A stretch of DNA of 64,000 bases from positions 2,754,509 through 2,818,508 of the forward strand of contig BFEA01000046.1 of the NCBI GenBank assembly GCA_003427395.1. The letters are read 5' to 3'. The notes beneath the pieces were generated by a model. The model made no database searches. It was not told where the DNA came from and worked only from the letters and a program-made list of their open reading frames with translations. Origin of the DNA: Chara braunii. Its lineage: Eukaryota > Plantae > Charophyceae. Both the position numbers and the translations under genes were made by a program. Positions 37,870-50,594 of the stretch are shown here, piece after piece. Each line of letters opens with the position of its first letter. The stretch's first letter is position 1.

Positions 37870-39960
37870 TATACACATCGGGATATGTTCTAGAAATATC
37901 CCAAAGTAGATCCCAAATTTGCTCTAATGCCAAAAAAGAAGATCCCGAAATTCTTGAAGTGCGATTCGGTAAGAAAATTGTGAATCCATTTGGGAAGATA
38001 ACCAATGAAATCCCGAATCCACATGAGCATCTGACCGATTGAATCCCAAAAATTTCGAAGTATGATTCGGTAACGCAATCCCGGATCCACATCGGGATAT
38101 AATCGATTGAGTCCCGTAAGCCCCAAATTACGATCCGGTAACGAAATCCTGGATCCACATCAAGATATAGTCTTAGAAATCACACTAAGTAAATCAAGAT
38201 AATCCCGAAGTGCGATTCGATAATAAAATTTTGAATCCACGTCGGGATACGATTGATCGAATCCCGAAAATCCCGAAGTGCAATTAGGTAACGAAAACCC
38301 GAATCCACATCGGGATATGATATACAAATAACACTAAGTGAATCACGAAAATGCGGAAGTGAGATTCGATAACGAAATCCCGAATACACAGCGGGATATA
38401 ACCGATCGAATTTCGAAAATCCCGAAGTGCGATTCGGTAACGAAATCTTGAATACACGTCGGATATAACCGGTCGAATCCTGAAAACCCCGAAGTACGAT
38501 TCAGTAACGAAATCCCGAGTCCACACCAAAATATAACCCATCGAGTCCCGAAAATCCCGAAGTGCGATTCGGTAACGAAATAGCGAATCCACATCAGGAC
38601 ATGGTGTATAAATAACAATAAGTAAATCACGAAAATCCCAAAGTGAGATTCGGTAGTGAAATCCCAAATGCACATTGGGATATAACCGATAGAATCTCGA
38701 AAACCCCGAAGTGCGATTCGGTAACGGAATCCCGAGTACACGTCCGGTTGTAACCGATCGAATCCCGAAAATTCAAAGGTGTGATTCGGTAACGAAATCC
38801 CGAATCCACGTTGGAATATAACGGATCGAATCCTGAAAATCCCAAAGTGTGATTCGGTAACGAAATCCCGAATCCACATCGGGACATGATGTACAAATAA
38901 TACTAAGTAAATCACGAAAATGCCGAAGTGAGATTCGGTAGCGAAATCTCGAATATACGTCGGGATATATCAGATTGAATTTCGGAAATCCCGAAGTGCT
39001 ATTCGGTAACAAAATTGTGATAGGGTGTATAAATAACACTAAGTAAATCATGAAAATCCTGAAGTGAGATTCGGTAGGGAAATCCCGAATACACGTCGGG
39101 ATAAATCTGATCAATCCCAAAAATCCTCATGTGCGATTCGGTAACGAAATCCCGAATACACGTCGGGATATAATCGGTCGAATCTCGAAAATCCCGAAGT
39201 GCGATTTTGTAACGAAATCCCGAATCCACGTCAAGATATAATCGGTCGAATCCGGAAGTGCGATTCGGTAACGAAATCTCGAGTCCACGTCAGGATATAA
39301 CCTATCGAATCCCGAAAATCCCGAAGTGCGATTCGGTAACGAAATCCCTAATCCACATTGGGACGTGGTGTATAAATAACACTAAGTAAATCACAAAAAT
39401 CCCGACGTGAGATTCTGTAGCGAAATCCCAAATACACGTCAGGATATAACTGATCGAATCCCGAAAATTCGGAAGTGCAATTCGGTAACGAAATCCCGAA
39501 TACACGTTGGGATATAATTGGTCGAATCCTAAAAATCCTGAAGTATGATTTGGTAACGAAATCTCGAATCCACGTCAGAATACAACCGATCGAATCCCGA
39601 AAATCCCGAAGTGTGATTCGGTAAAGAAATTCCGAATCCACACCGGGAAATGATGTACAAATAACACTGAGTAAATCACGAAAATCCCAAAGTGAAATTC
39701 AGTAGCGAAGTCCCGAATACACGTCGGCATATAACTGATCGAATCCCCAAAATCCTGAAGTGCGATTTGGTAACGAAATCCCAAATGCACATCAGAACAA
39801 GATGTATAAATAACACTTAGTAAATCACAAAAATCCTTAAGTGAGATTCGGTAACGAAATCCTGAATCCACGTTGGGATATGACTGGTGGAATTCGGTAG
39901 GGAAATCATGATTCACATCGGGATATGGTGTATAAATAACACTAAGTAAATCACGAGTGT
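37870..39960 (-). repeat. Array of palindromic ~68-80-bp units (right subterminal array, inverted relative to the left)
   Basis: The unit AATCCCGAAAATCCCGAAGTGCGATTCGGTAACGAAATCCCGAATACACGTCGGGATAT is a reverse-complement variant of the 33578..34530 unit. Short and long (AATAACACTAAGTAAATCAC) variants alternate. Confidence 0.92.
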
Positions 39961-39986
39961 ATGTTCGATAAAAATACATTTGTAGT

Positions 39987-40924
39987 GAGAAAGAGTGTTT
40001 CCGTAAGATGTTTGGTGGAATATATACCATCCATTAACCATCTCTCAAGGATGTTTGCTCCGACAACGGACAATGCTCAAGAGGGTGATGGCATTGATAC
40101 ATATAAACGTGCACGATGATGTAGTGAAGCTGGTTTCCAAAGCCAAACGTTGGAATGATTTTGATCAAGCAATGATCAGTACATTCCAACTTGGTAATGA
40201 AACTTTGACTTGTGACGATCTTCGTAATGTATGTCGGGAGAAATATCCTACGTTCAGGAAGTTCCTCGTTGTGTTTGAGTGAGCATCCCGTCTTGTTCCA
40301 AACCTCTCAGAAATTGATGAGAGTACGATATTCCTTGCGACTTTTTCAGAGGTTGAAATACGGGTTTTATTCAAAGGTGTTAAGTCTTCTTTTGTTATGG
40401 GAGAAGACCGCGACAATGCCCTGAACGATGGTTTTGATCAGATTCTTCATCAGGATCTGAATAACATGCATCGGCAGTTAGTCTCTAATAGTAGTTCAGA
40501 CCAATGTGATGAACTAATTTTGAAAGAACTTTCTAAGGTTAAAGAGTCTTTGAAAGTCATGAGAGAAAATGATTCCGAAACGACTACCACTATCGAGTTC
40601 TCGAAAGGATGTAGTGGTGAGAAGCAGAAGGGCACGGTTGACTTTTCTGTTAAAAGTATAAGGCAGAAACATGAAGAAGTTTGGCCTGTTGTCTGGACCA
40701 CACGGGAAGTCGCTAATATTGAGAAAGCGGCTAAGGAAAATTCTGACAATTGTCGCTCTCGAAGTACAAAGGGTTGGTGGAAGAAAGTAAGGTGCCCTTC
40801 TAGTGGTTTGAAATGGCACACCCCGCGTTACTGTCCATCTCAGCAGAGCGATGATGCAAATAAAGTAATTAGCAAGACTCATCCAATCGAGAAGCAACGA
40901 GAGGCTGTTTCGATAAATTTATAA
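39987..40924 (+). pseudogene. gag: Second gag-like pseudogene (5'-truncated by the CACTA element)
   Basis: MLKRVMALIHINVHDDVVKLV...WNDFDQAM...FRKFLVVFE*ASRL aligns with MLKEVMKYIHISLKEEVSGLV...WRKFYDDM...GHFLVEYERASRK of the first gag. Knuckle remnant CPSSGLKWHTPRYC. Confidence 0.72.
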
Positions 40925-41079
40925 GTGAGTCATTGGTTTGTTGGAAGAAAATGGTATTTAATGTTTGATTTTGGTAAATTGTGGTAAATTCGATTTTTCT
41001 CTGGCAGAATCTTTTCTTTTTGAATTGTCATTCCCTAAAACATTGACTGAATGTTTAATAAACAGATGTTTATTTCTCA

Positions 41080-41960
41080 GTCATGATTGGATGTATGACG
41101 CTAAAGTGTGCAGTCATTCCGTAGTTAAGACTGGATGTATGACACATTTGAGTTTTCTATTTCCTGACTTGAGTTGAATGTATGGCAGCGCCGATGTATC
41201 TATTCCCCAGATTGTTCTCGATGTGTGGATTTTAGGTAAACTTGTCATTTCTTGACGGAAGTCGGATGTATGATGCACAGTTGAGTTGTCCATTCCCTTA
41301 CTTGAGTTGAATGTATGGTATTTTGACCTATGTATATATTTCACAGTTTGTCTCAATGTATGAATTTCAGGTTAACCTGCCCTTTTTTGACACGAGTCGG
41401 ATGTATGGTGCACACTTGGGTTGTCCATTCCCTGACTTGAATTAAATGTATGGTGTCCAACCTATGTATTTATTTCCTAGATTATTCTCGATGTATAGAT
41501 TTCAGGTGAACCTCAGGTGAACCTGCTTTTCTCGACAAAAGTCGGATGTACGGTGTACACTTGAGTTGTTCATTCCCTTGCTTGAGTTGAATGTATGGTA
41601 TTTTGGCCTATGTATTAATTTCCCAACTTATCTGGATGTATGGATTTCACGTAAACCTGCCATTTCTCGACACAAGTTAGATGTATGGTGCACGCTTGGG
41701 TTGTTCATTTCCTTACTTGAATTGAATGTATGGTGTTTGACCTATGTATCTATTTTCTAGTTTGTTCTGGATGTATGGATTTCAAGAGGACTTTCCATTT
41801 CTCAATGACAGTCGGATGTATGGTATACAACTGCATTTCCTTGCAATGCTTGGATGTATGGAGTTCAATTTGAATGTTTATTTCTCAGTTCCGACTGGAT
41901 GTATAATTCTCGGATTGAGTGTTCATTCCCTAAGCTTAGTCGGATTTATGATGTTCAAAT
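41080..41960 (+). repeat. Tandem array (~135-150-bp unit built from ATGTATGG subrepeats) between gag and LTR
   Basis: GTCGGATGTATG...CATTCCCT.ACTTGAGTTGAATGTATGG recurs about 5-6 times. Confidence 0.88.
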
Positions 41961-43492
41961 ATGACGAATTTTTATTCCTCGTCCTATAAGACCGAATGTT
42001 TGGAAGTTGTCATATTTTTCAGCTAATGTTGCTTGAGGTGACACTTAGGGTAACCACAACTCAATATTATGGGTATCTCGCAAGACATGGATAAAAACTT
42101 TTGAAAGAATGGTTTCTCTCTCAGTGGTTAGTTCGGACTACATTTGAACAAGTCCAAGAAGTTGATACGTTTAGAAGACCTGTGAGCGGTTATTCTTGAC
42201 TCACTTGAGTTGTACTCAAGTGCAACATAGGTATCAAATGAATGATTCGTTGTGGATCTGGTCGAAAAGTTTTCAGTACCAATCAGAGAGACTAAAACAT
42301 TTTTGTGTGGCCGCCATTGGGATGATGCTAGAATCATTCAGGAAAAGGTCCGCGTGTAGGTTTCCAAAGAAATAATCTGGCCTACGGACACGAAATTTCA
42401 TAGTATTGAAAAGTAAGAATTTGTATGATTGATGAAAAGTTCTGGTTTGATACCAATGTTTGCTTTTGTGTGAATGACGTAGAGGTCATTCAATGGGGTC
42501 CGGGAATGTTGTCGGAGCCGAAACCCTTACAAAGGTATTTTCTCAGGTTTTGAACCGTTTTTCAATATCAGACACTGTTCAACGTTTTTGTTCAATTTAG
42601 AGACTTGATGAGATTGTCGTCTGCCAAAAGTTTATTCATACTAACTTATAGTCGAGATTAAAATGTTTTGCCTAAATTTAAACGTTTGCGACCTGCGGAG
42701 CAACGGTGAGGGGATAGGCAAACTGCATCTGCACAGACCAGGGGATAGGTGGACTGCACTTGCCTACGTCAGGGCGTAGGCGGCCTACTAGGCCGCAACC
42801 CTTCAAATAGAAGAGCGGTAGGTATAGCTCCCGTGATAGGAGGTAGCCTAGTAGGTACCGCACTCAACTTTCACCCAGCAGATGCTGCGATCGAGTTTGG
42901 CGATACGCTACTTGGGCTCGCTCCTTTGGAGCTGCCCATCATATAGGCAAAAAGAGTGATTATTTTCATCCACGAGATTGTCAGATCGCATGGCCAAAAA
43001 CGGTCGCACGGATACTGAGTAACCCCTGAGGAGTAGGTGACACAAATAAATTAAGAAATGGTTCATATCTTTCGATTCCCTGATGGAATCGAACTCGAGT
43101 CTATATATCGCAAAGAGGAGGGGGAGGCGCCAACAACGCCTGACACTCGTTACTGCATGATTACTAAAAAAAAGAAAGGGAGACGCAAACAGCGTCAAAT
43201 GACGCTCAGAGAAGTGACGAGGGACTTAGTGTCTCCAGATAGTACAGTAGGCGCCCATTGAAAACGAGCAGCCGCTTTTTATTGTAGGTAAGTTGGTTTG
43301 TTTTTTTAAAGATTTTTTTTTTCTTTTTTTTAATGTTCGTTCTTTCTTCTTAGATCCCCCTCCTTCTCTTTTCGTTCTCTGGAGTGCCGTTTGTCGAACA
43401 CGAACGGGAGAAGTCTCCAATCCATCGAATTCTATCACTTAACCTCCAACGCGAGGAAAAATTGGATGAATCTACCCTACAACGTGGAAATA

Positions 43493-43493
43493 C

Positions 43494-43571
<78 letters not shown>
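43493..43571. repeat. (GA)n microsatellite
   Basis: Direct reading. Confidence 0.95.
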
Positions 43572-43572
<1 letters not shown>

Positions 43573-45695
43573 AAAGAGTAAGGGAAAGGGGGAGTCACGG
43601 ACTTACCTGCGGTTGGCCCCTCAATGTTGTTTCCTACGATAGAATGAGCAAAATTCAATGAATGTACTGCTATAATGTGGAAATATACACGGCCCAGGTT
43701 ATTTGGATTTCCCAGGCGCCTGTCTGTGAGCCAAACTACCGAGGTAAATACGTTTTCTTTTTATTTTTTTTTTGTTTCCGTTTTTTTTTTTTTTTTTTTA
43801 CTTTTTGGTTGTTTCCCCTTTTGATTAGTGGTTGTTGGGAACGTGGAAAACGAAAGAGGTTGGGACGAGGCAACGAGGGAAAACGGCCTCTTGAAAACAA
43901 AAGCAAGGGAAAAAAAATATTTTCAGGTTGTGTGGGAGCAAGCTCAGCTCCGCACTTAGAACAACGAGAATAGTGGTGGCGACGCGAGATCTAGAATCTC
44001 GCGGCACTCGACACGCGCGTGAAAAAGACATCAAGGAGATTGGAGAAATTGGAGGGAGAGAGGGAGAACGTGGGAGTTAGGAGGAGGGGGTCCTACTCCT
44101 CCCAACTTGACAACTGTCCTCCTCGTTTTCAAGGGAGGGCAGAGCAAAAGGTGGAAGGGTTGTGGCATGCAACAACATGCATCTGGCTGAGGTATGAGTC
44201 AGGTGTAGTATAGTTAGAATTAGTTTTATTTTATTTTTCTTTTGTTTTGTTTTCTTTATTCTTGTGAGAACACTTGTCCTCACGGGGTGCTACGTCTGGC
44301 AAAAACTGCCAGAGGTAACTGTCAGACTTTCATTTTTGGAGGGAGCCTGAAAATTGAGGGGTCATAGAGGAAAAGGGTAAGTACAAGCTTTTCCCCGATG
44401 TATCTACCTTGGGAAAAGGGTCCGGGTACATCAAACTGAAAGGGGTTGTATCGCTCCAACCCCATATGAGAAAAATAAAAGAAAAGCAGTTTCAAAAAGG
44501 TCACGACCTCACCTATCTCGTGAAATTCCGAGATAGTTGAGGACGAAAAAAGAAAAAAAAATAGGACAGTTAAAGAAACGACCCCCACTAAGGTTATGCC
44601 TGTCGTGCGGCCACAGTTCGCCCTTGATCTTGGCCAGATCAAGGGCTCACTGTGAGCCCGCAATTTTGCCTAGGGGCTGGAGTGATGTCCCCAGGTGCCA
44701 ACACAGAAAACACTCGTGCTGCCAGTGTGTGGCAAGCACACTTTAGTGTTGCTGGGCTGTTGGAGGAGCTACCAGAGGCAACGTGGGAGGAGGATGGAGG
44801 TCTGCAGTGGAGTGATAGAGAAGTAAGGCAGCCATAGTCGGGGTAGGGAGCACACTGCTCTACTTCCCTCTGGCAGGTGTTGGTCTAGTGGAGGGGCACT
44901 CGGGACTCTGCGGGACAAAGGGGGCATGACAGGAGGTTGTTTTGGGCTTGGACTTTGTCCAGGGCCCAAAATTTTATTAATTTGATGGTGGTTTTCAGCG
45001 GCAATGACGAGACATCAGGACTTCACCGACGGTGGTACCGGTGGGCAGACCTCAGCAGGCTGTTTTCCCACTTTTGAGGGGAAATGCTGTCGAAAATTTT
45101 CAGCGTCATCGACAACCACTTTTACAACATTATGCTGCCGACATTGGGGTTCGTCAGACAGACACTAAGTGGAGGGAGACTGCAGAATATTTTTTGTGCG
45201 ACGAGGGGCTTGCTGTCAACATCAGTAAAGGGGGAAATTGCAACGTGACTATTGTGGCGGTAGGGCAGACGACACTGGAGGTATCGGCGATAGTCTGTCA
45301 ATTGGACCAGGTTTGTCAAGGTGGAACGACATTTCGTTTTTTTTTTCGTATGTGCGCGCCGGCAGTAGCGAGGCCATTGAACATTGACCTAGTGACATCT
45401 TTTGGGACCGACGAGGCATGCGATTAGAATAGGCGGTGCCGGTAGAATCGACACTCGTGAACTTTTTTTTTTTTGTGAGGCTTGGTAAAAGTGGTTTGGC
45501 GGGCGTCATCATTTGGTGCTTGAGGAATAGTGCAGGACCACCTGGGACTAATTGGGACCAGTTGACATTGATGTGGGACCAGTGCGTTTTATTTTTCTTT
45601 GGGACGTGTGCGGCTCGTCATTTTCACACTTGGGGTTATCACATATGGGATTTGAAAGTCGGGAACGAAGTGGGACTAGCTGTTGGTCTGAAACT

Positions 45696-46421
45696 TGCCT
45701 TGGGACTTCGGTTTTCCTCGACGACGAGTATATTTTACTTGACTTTCTTAAGTGAGTCGGGGGGTGTTCGTCACCACTTCACTTAAGGTCAATTGATTGA
45801 CTCAAATTCCTTTTCACCCCTGTATGAACTCACACCTTGCTTGGTCTTGTTGGTTTTGAATGTTCAAAAGGAAGGTTGAGTAAAGCGTGTGTGGTCATGC
45901 ATGTGAAAAGTGGAATCTAACGAGAGTATGGGTTGCTGAATTTTTTGGACCTGTGGTTGTTTTTGTGTGTGCAGGTAAGTAGAAGGATGTTTGCAAAGGA
46001 GATTGATTATGCCTATTTGAGAAAAAGGAAAAGGATTGTGTTCTTTTTACTTCTCACCTGCCTTGGGACTTCGGTTTTCCTCGACGACGAGTATATTTTA
46101 CTTGACTTTCTTAACTGAGTCGGGGGGTGTTCGTCACCACTTCACTTAAGGTCAGTAGATTGACTCAAATTCTTTTTCACCCCTGTGTGAACTCACACCT
46201 TGCTTGGTCTTGTTTGTTTTGAATGTTCAAAAAAAAGGTTGAGTAAAACGTGTGTGGTCATGTATGCGAAAAGTAGAATCTAACGAGAGCACGGGTTGAT
46301 GAATTTTTTGGACTTGTGGTTGTTTTTGTGTGTGCAGGTAAGTAGAAGGATGTTTGCAAAGGAGATTGATTATGCCTATTTGAGAAAAAAGAAAAGGATT
46401 GTCTTCTTTTTACTTCTCACT
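45696..46421 (+). repeat. 363-bp tandem duplication within the LTR
   Basis: TGCCTTGGGACTTCGGTTTTCCTCGACGACGAG begins at 45696 and 46059; the copies are near-identical. Confidence 0.92.
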
Positions 46422-46885
46422 TGTCTGCATATAAAAACGATTCGCTGTTTTGAAAAACATTAATTATATGTGTACCGTAAAATGAATTCGATTGAAATGA
46501 AGCAGATAAGGTCAAATGAGCTCAGTCTTTTCGTGAGGATTGACCCTTTCTATCCCGAATGACCATATCTACCTATACATATCCAAAGTATTCTCATTTT
46601 TTATCACCTTTGACTCTTTTTGTCTAAATTACCTTGGACAAGAGAGGATGGGAACAACTGAAAAAAATACATGCGTTGAACATGTTTTCTCTTTCAAGGA
46701 AGCATCTAGAGTGGGGGTTCATTGCTGTAGGAGCCGAACCTGTTATCGAACCAAAGTGGACCGTTCTACAGAGAGGTACTTTGTCGATTTGGTGGAGACG
46801 ATCCGACTTCTGAGATCCGAGTCTTCTGCTTGGGCGAGAGAAGGTTAACAATAGTCGTATTTTTCATCACCACTTCAGGACACTC

Positions 46886-47280
46886 TTCACCACTTCAGGA
46901 TGCAGCCTGCCTAAACAAGTGGTTTTCAGGGTCTTCGGACCTTTCACCACTGCATGACCATTCAGGTTTGAAAATCCTGAATGGTACTGAGACCTGAATG
47001 GTCCTGAAGTGGTGAAAGTTCCAAAGACCCTGAAAACCACCTGTTTAGGCAGACTGCATCCTTACGTGGTGAAAGGTGATTTTCATGGTCTTCGGACCTT
47101 TCACCACTTCAGGACCATTCAGGATTTCCAGACTGCCCAAAACTCTCACTTGACCACTTCAGGATACCCTTCACCACTTCAGGATACAGCCTGCCTAAAC
47201 AGGTGGTTTTCAGGGTCTTCGGACTTTTCACCACTTCAGGACCATTTTGGATTTTCAGACTGCCAAAAACTCTCACTTTA
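46886..47280. repeat. Fold-back (~82-bp arms) plus further direct copies of the same unit
   Basis: 46886..46967 is the imperfect reverse complement of 46992..47073. CACCACTTCAGGA units continue to ~47280. Confidence 0.88.
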
Positions 47281-48278
47281 GAATTTTCATTCTTGAATTT
47301 TCAGTTACCCGATAACCGCTTGTGGCTCGGGCGAGGAGGAGTACTCAGACCACTTCCTAGAGGGAAAGGCATGCAACACCTTAAGTAATGCACCTGATCA
47401 AAAATCATTCGCAAAACAGTTTGTCATCCCGGAAAACCAAGGATCTGTGAAGACGGATGTGCGTGCCTAATCTTAGGTCGGCGGCAGGTGGAATGAATAA
47501 CTTTGGCAATGTATCTCATCAAGTCAAAACTAAGGTTATTCGACTACCTTGTCAGCTGCATTGAGGTTATTGTCGAAGCCAACTTTTAGTTGGCGGCTTA
47601 TTATGATATTTTGTTTTATCGATTCCGACTCGAGGTGGTCGGATTTTATTTTTATCTTATGTTCATTGTGTGTACCATATGATGATTTGGATTCTTTCAC
47701 ATTGGATTTATATTCCTGTCGACTACGGTCCACTATTTTTTATGTAACTATGTGTGGTTGTTATAACTTTTTTTTAACTAGTGTTTGAAGGGGCAAGGGG
47801 GTTTCACGCTTGGTTGAGACCGTCCTTGTCAACCGGCGTATGCTCCGGACTTAGGAGATCAGCGCCCTAAGGAACGGGCGACGTTGGGGTTCAATAGGCG
47901 TTTTAACCTCGCGTACCTATACTACATCGAGCGAGCAAATGCCCTCGGTTGACCCACCTCTGCAACTGCATGTAAACATTTTCGCACGTGGGTCGGTAGC
48001 TCGGTAGGGATACACCCCTAAGGTTGGTGACAGGCCCTTAGGGAAGCAAGTTATGCCCCGAGGGAACCTATCATATCGTACGGGACGGCGGGAAGTAGAG
48101 TTGGCACACCTGGTTACAGCGACGAAAGGACGACGTGACTGCGACTGTTTAGGTGGTTTGCGGTGTTAATTATGCGTCATCCCCAGTTATCTCCAACTTT
48201 TCATTTAAACTCCCACGTGACATGGTCGGGGTGGCTCTCGCCTTTCGCGAGAAAAGGGCGGGGCTGATGCGCTCGACA

Positions 48279-49075
48279 CCGCAACTTCGATTTTTGACTT
48301 TTTATAGTGTAGTATATTTTATCTCTCTTGTTTGACAATTTTTCTACTGCTATCTAAATTGCTACTTTGATTCTTGCTCATACTACCGTTATACATGTGT
48401 TTTGTCTCTCGTCTCTCAAAGTTTGAAAGTTTAGGTCAATCTTCCACTTGGAAGTAAATCACAAATTTGATTCTTGCTTTTTCTAATGTAGTGTGCTTTA
48501 TCTCTCTTGTTTTTTTAATTCTTCTAGTACTATGTAAATCGCTACTTTGGTTCTTCCTTACACTAACTTTGTGCATGTGTTTTGTATCCTTTATCTTCAA
48601 GTTTTGATCAATCTTCCATAAGGAAGTAAATCATAACTTTGATTCTTGCCTTTTTCTAATTTAGTGTGCTTCATCTCCCTGGTTTTGTGCATAGCATGTA
48701 AATCACCACTTTGGTTCTTGTTGATACTAGCCTTATGCATGTGTATTGTCTCTCTTTTCTCCAAGTTTTGATCACTCTTCCACTTGGAAGTAAATCGCAA
48801 CCTTGATTCTTGTTTTTTTAGTGCAGTGTGTTACGTCTCTCTTATTTTGTCCATTATTCCACTACTACGTAAATCGCTACTTTGGTTCTTGACCATATTA
48901 TCCTTGTGCATGTGTTTTATTTTTTCTCTATCAAAGTTTTGATTAATCTTCCACTTGGAAGTAAATCGTAACTTTTATTCTTACCTTTTTCTAGTGTAGT
49001 ATGCCTCATTTTTCTTGTTTTGTTTATTATTCCACTACTATGTAAATGACTACTTCAGTTTTTGCTCATACGAGC
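48279..49075 (+). repeat. ~170-bp tandem array
   Basis: TTCCACTTGGAAGTAAATC-type anchor at ~48442, 48615, 48778 and 48949. Confidence 0.88.
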
Positions 49076-49730
49076 CTTGTGCAAGTGTTTTGTCTAATCT
49101 CACTCATGCATTTTGTCAATCCTTCACTCAGTGATTTTTCGCTTCACTCTTGGTTGCTTCACTTGTCATGTGCAAGTGTTTTGTTAGGTGTTTCTCATGC
49201 ATTTCGTCAATCCTTCACTTTTTGATATTCTACTTCACTCTTGGTTGCTTCACTAGTCACGTGCAAATGTTTTGTCTAGTGTCACTCATGCATTTTGTCA
49301 ATCCGTCACTTGCTGATGACCGCTTAACTCTTAGTTGCTTCACTAGTCATGTGCAAGTGTCTTGTCTAGTCTCATTGATGCATTTTGTCAATTCTTCACT
49401 TCGTGATGTTCCGCTCCACCCTTAGTTGCTTTATTTGTCATATGCAAATGTTTTGTCTAGTTGCACGCTTGTGTTAGGTCTCTCGTTTGGTGACGTTCCG
49501 CCTCACTCTTGGATGCTTCCACTTATCATATATATATGGTAAGACTGCGTGCTTGAAACAGTTTGTCCCCTTGTGCTCTATTTGGCCAACACTTCACCCC
49601 CTGTGCTTTATTGAACATCGCTTCACCCACCCCGTGCTCTATTTGAACACCGATTCACCCCCCGTGCCTTATTTGAACACAACTTTATCCCCCCCCACTC
49701 CTTGCTCTATTTGAACGCCACTTCTCCCCT
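49076..49730 (+). repeat. ~90-bp tandem array followed by a ~30-bp array
   Basis: GTGCAAGTGTTTTGTCTAG...CATGCATTTTGTCAATCC recurs every ~90 bp (5 copies). CCCCGTGCTCTATTTGAACAC recurs every ~30 bp from ~49565. Confidence 0.85.
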
Positions 49731-50594
49731 CCCCATAACAAGTGTCGGGAATCATGTCCCCTATGAGTTCAAGTTATGTTTGCCTACCCTCCTTATGTAC
49801 TATTTGAATCCCGTTGATTCAACTCTAGACAAACTAAAATTGTGTTTTCCATACTCAAAAGTCGGCGGTGCAATAGGAAAACATGGGTAAATAAAAGACA
49901 GGTTGTTGCTGCCAGTGATGATTGGATTGCTACTGTTGTTGCTGCCAATGATGATTGGATTGCTATTGTTGCTGCTGTTGCGTGGCCAAGCACTTGGTTG
50001 TTGCTGTTGTTGAAACCGTTTTCTCGTCCCCCGCCAAAGACAGGTTCGAAATGATCAACTGTTAGCGCGACCCAGGGGGCCGGGGCGCCAAGAACGAACC
50101 CCGCCGAACAAAGGGTATGGGGGCTGCGACTTTACAAACCTCATGTCCTAGGCATAGGTAGATGGCCCAAACAATCCCCAGGCCATCTAGGTCCATTTTC
50201 CGACAAAAACAGAAAATGGACTTCTTCGAACTGTTCGCTTAGAGCCTCGGGCGTTGCCCACAAACGACAAGTAGGGGCAAACAGCTAACTTGAGGAGGGT
50301 CATGAGGAGGGGCATATGTAGGATATATACAGAAGGTCTCTGAAGTTGCAGACCTTTCTGATATCGTTTAAATTAACAAACGCAAATATGAGTTTTTTGG
50401 CTTCCCCGCCACTTGAACAATCAACAAAAACAAAAATTTGAGAAATCAGAGTTTTTCGGTAATGTAAGTTTTTGCAAGTCTGAGTTTCAGCACAGTCAGA
50501 GTTTCTGCAGCAAGTCTGAGTTTAGAGAGAATTCAGACATTGGGGTAATGCAAGGAGGGCAAAACCGGAACTTAGAAAGTACCGTAGTCAACCC

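Larger units (their letters stand above)
33578..39986. mobile_element. Non-autonomous CACTA (En/Spm)-type DNA transposon; right end intact, left end displaced by LTR insertions
   Basis: Ends TACATTTGTAGTG (reverse complement CACTACAAATGTA), directly after a subterminal repeat array. A related array in the opposite orientation lies at the left. It cuts off the gag to its right. No transposase recognised. Confidence 0.65.
42510..48278 (+). mobile_element. 5.8-kb LTR of a divergent giant-LTR subfamily (3' LTR of the second gag-only element)
   Basis: Starts TGTCGGAGCCGAAACCCTTACAAAGGTATT and ends GATGCGCTCGACA. The last ~430 bp are homologous to the other LTR ends. Preceded by GGTCCGGGAATGT and followed by CCGC. 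Confidence 0.8.

Noticed and set aside
33578-39960. Palindromic repeats as CRISPR; many short ORFs in the arrays
   Set aside because: The units are tandem without unique spacers, and the ORFs are translations of the repeat.
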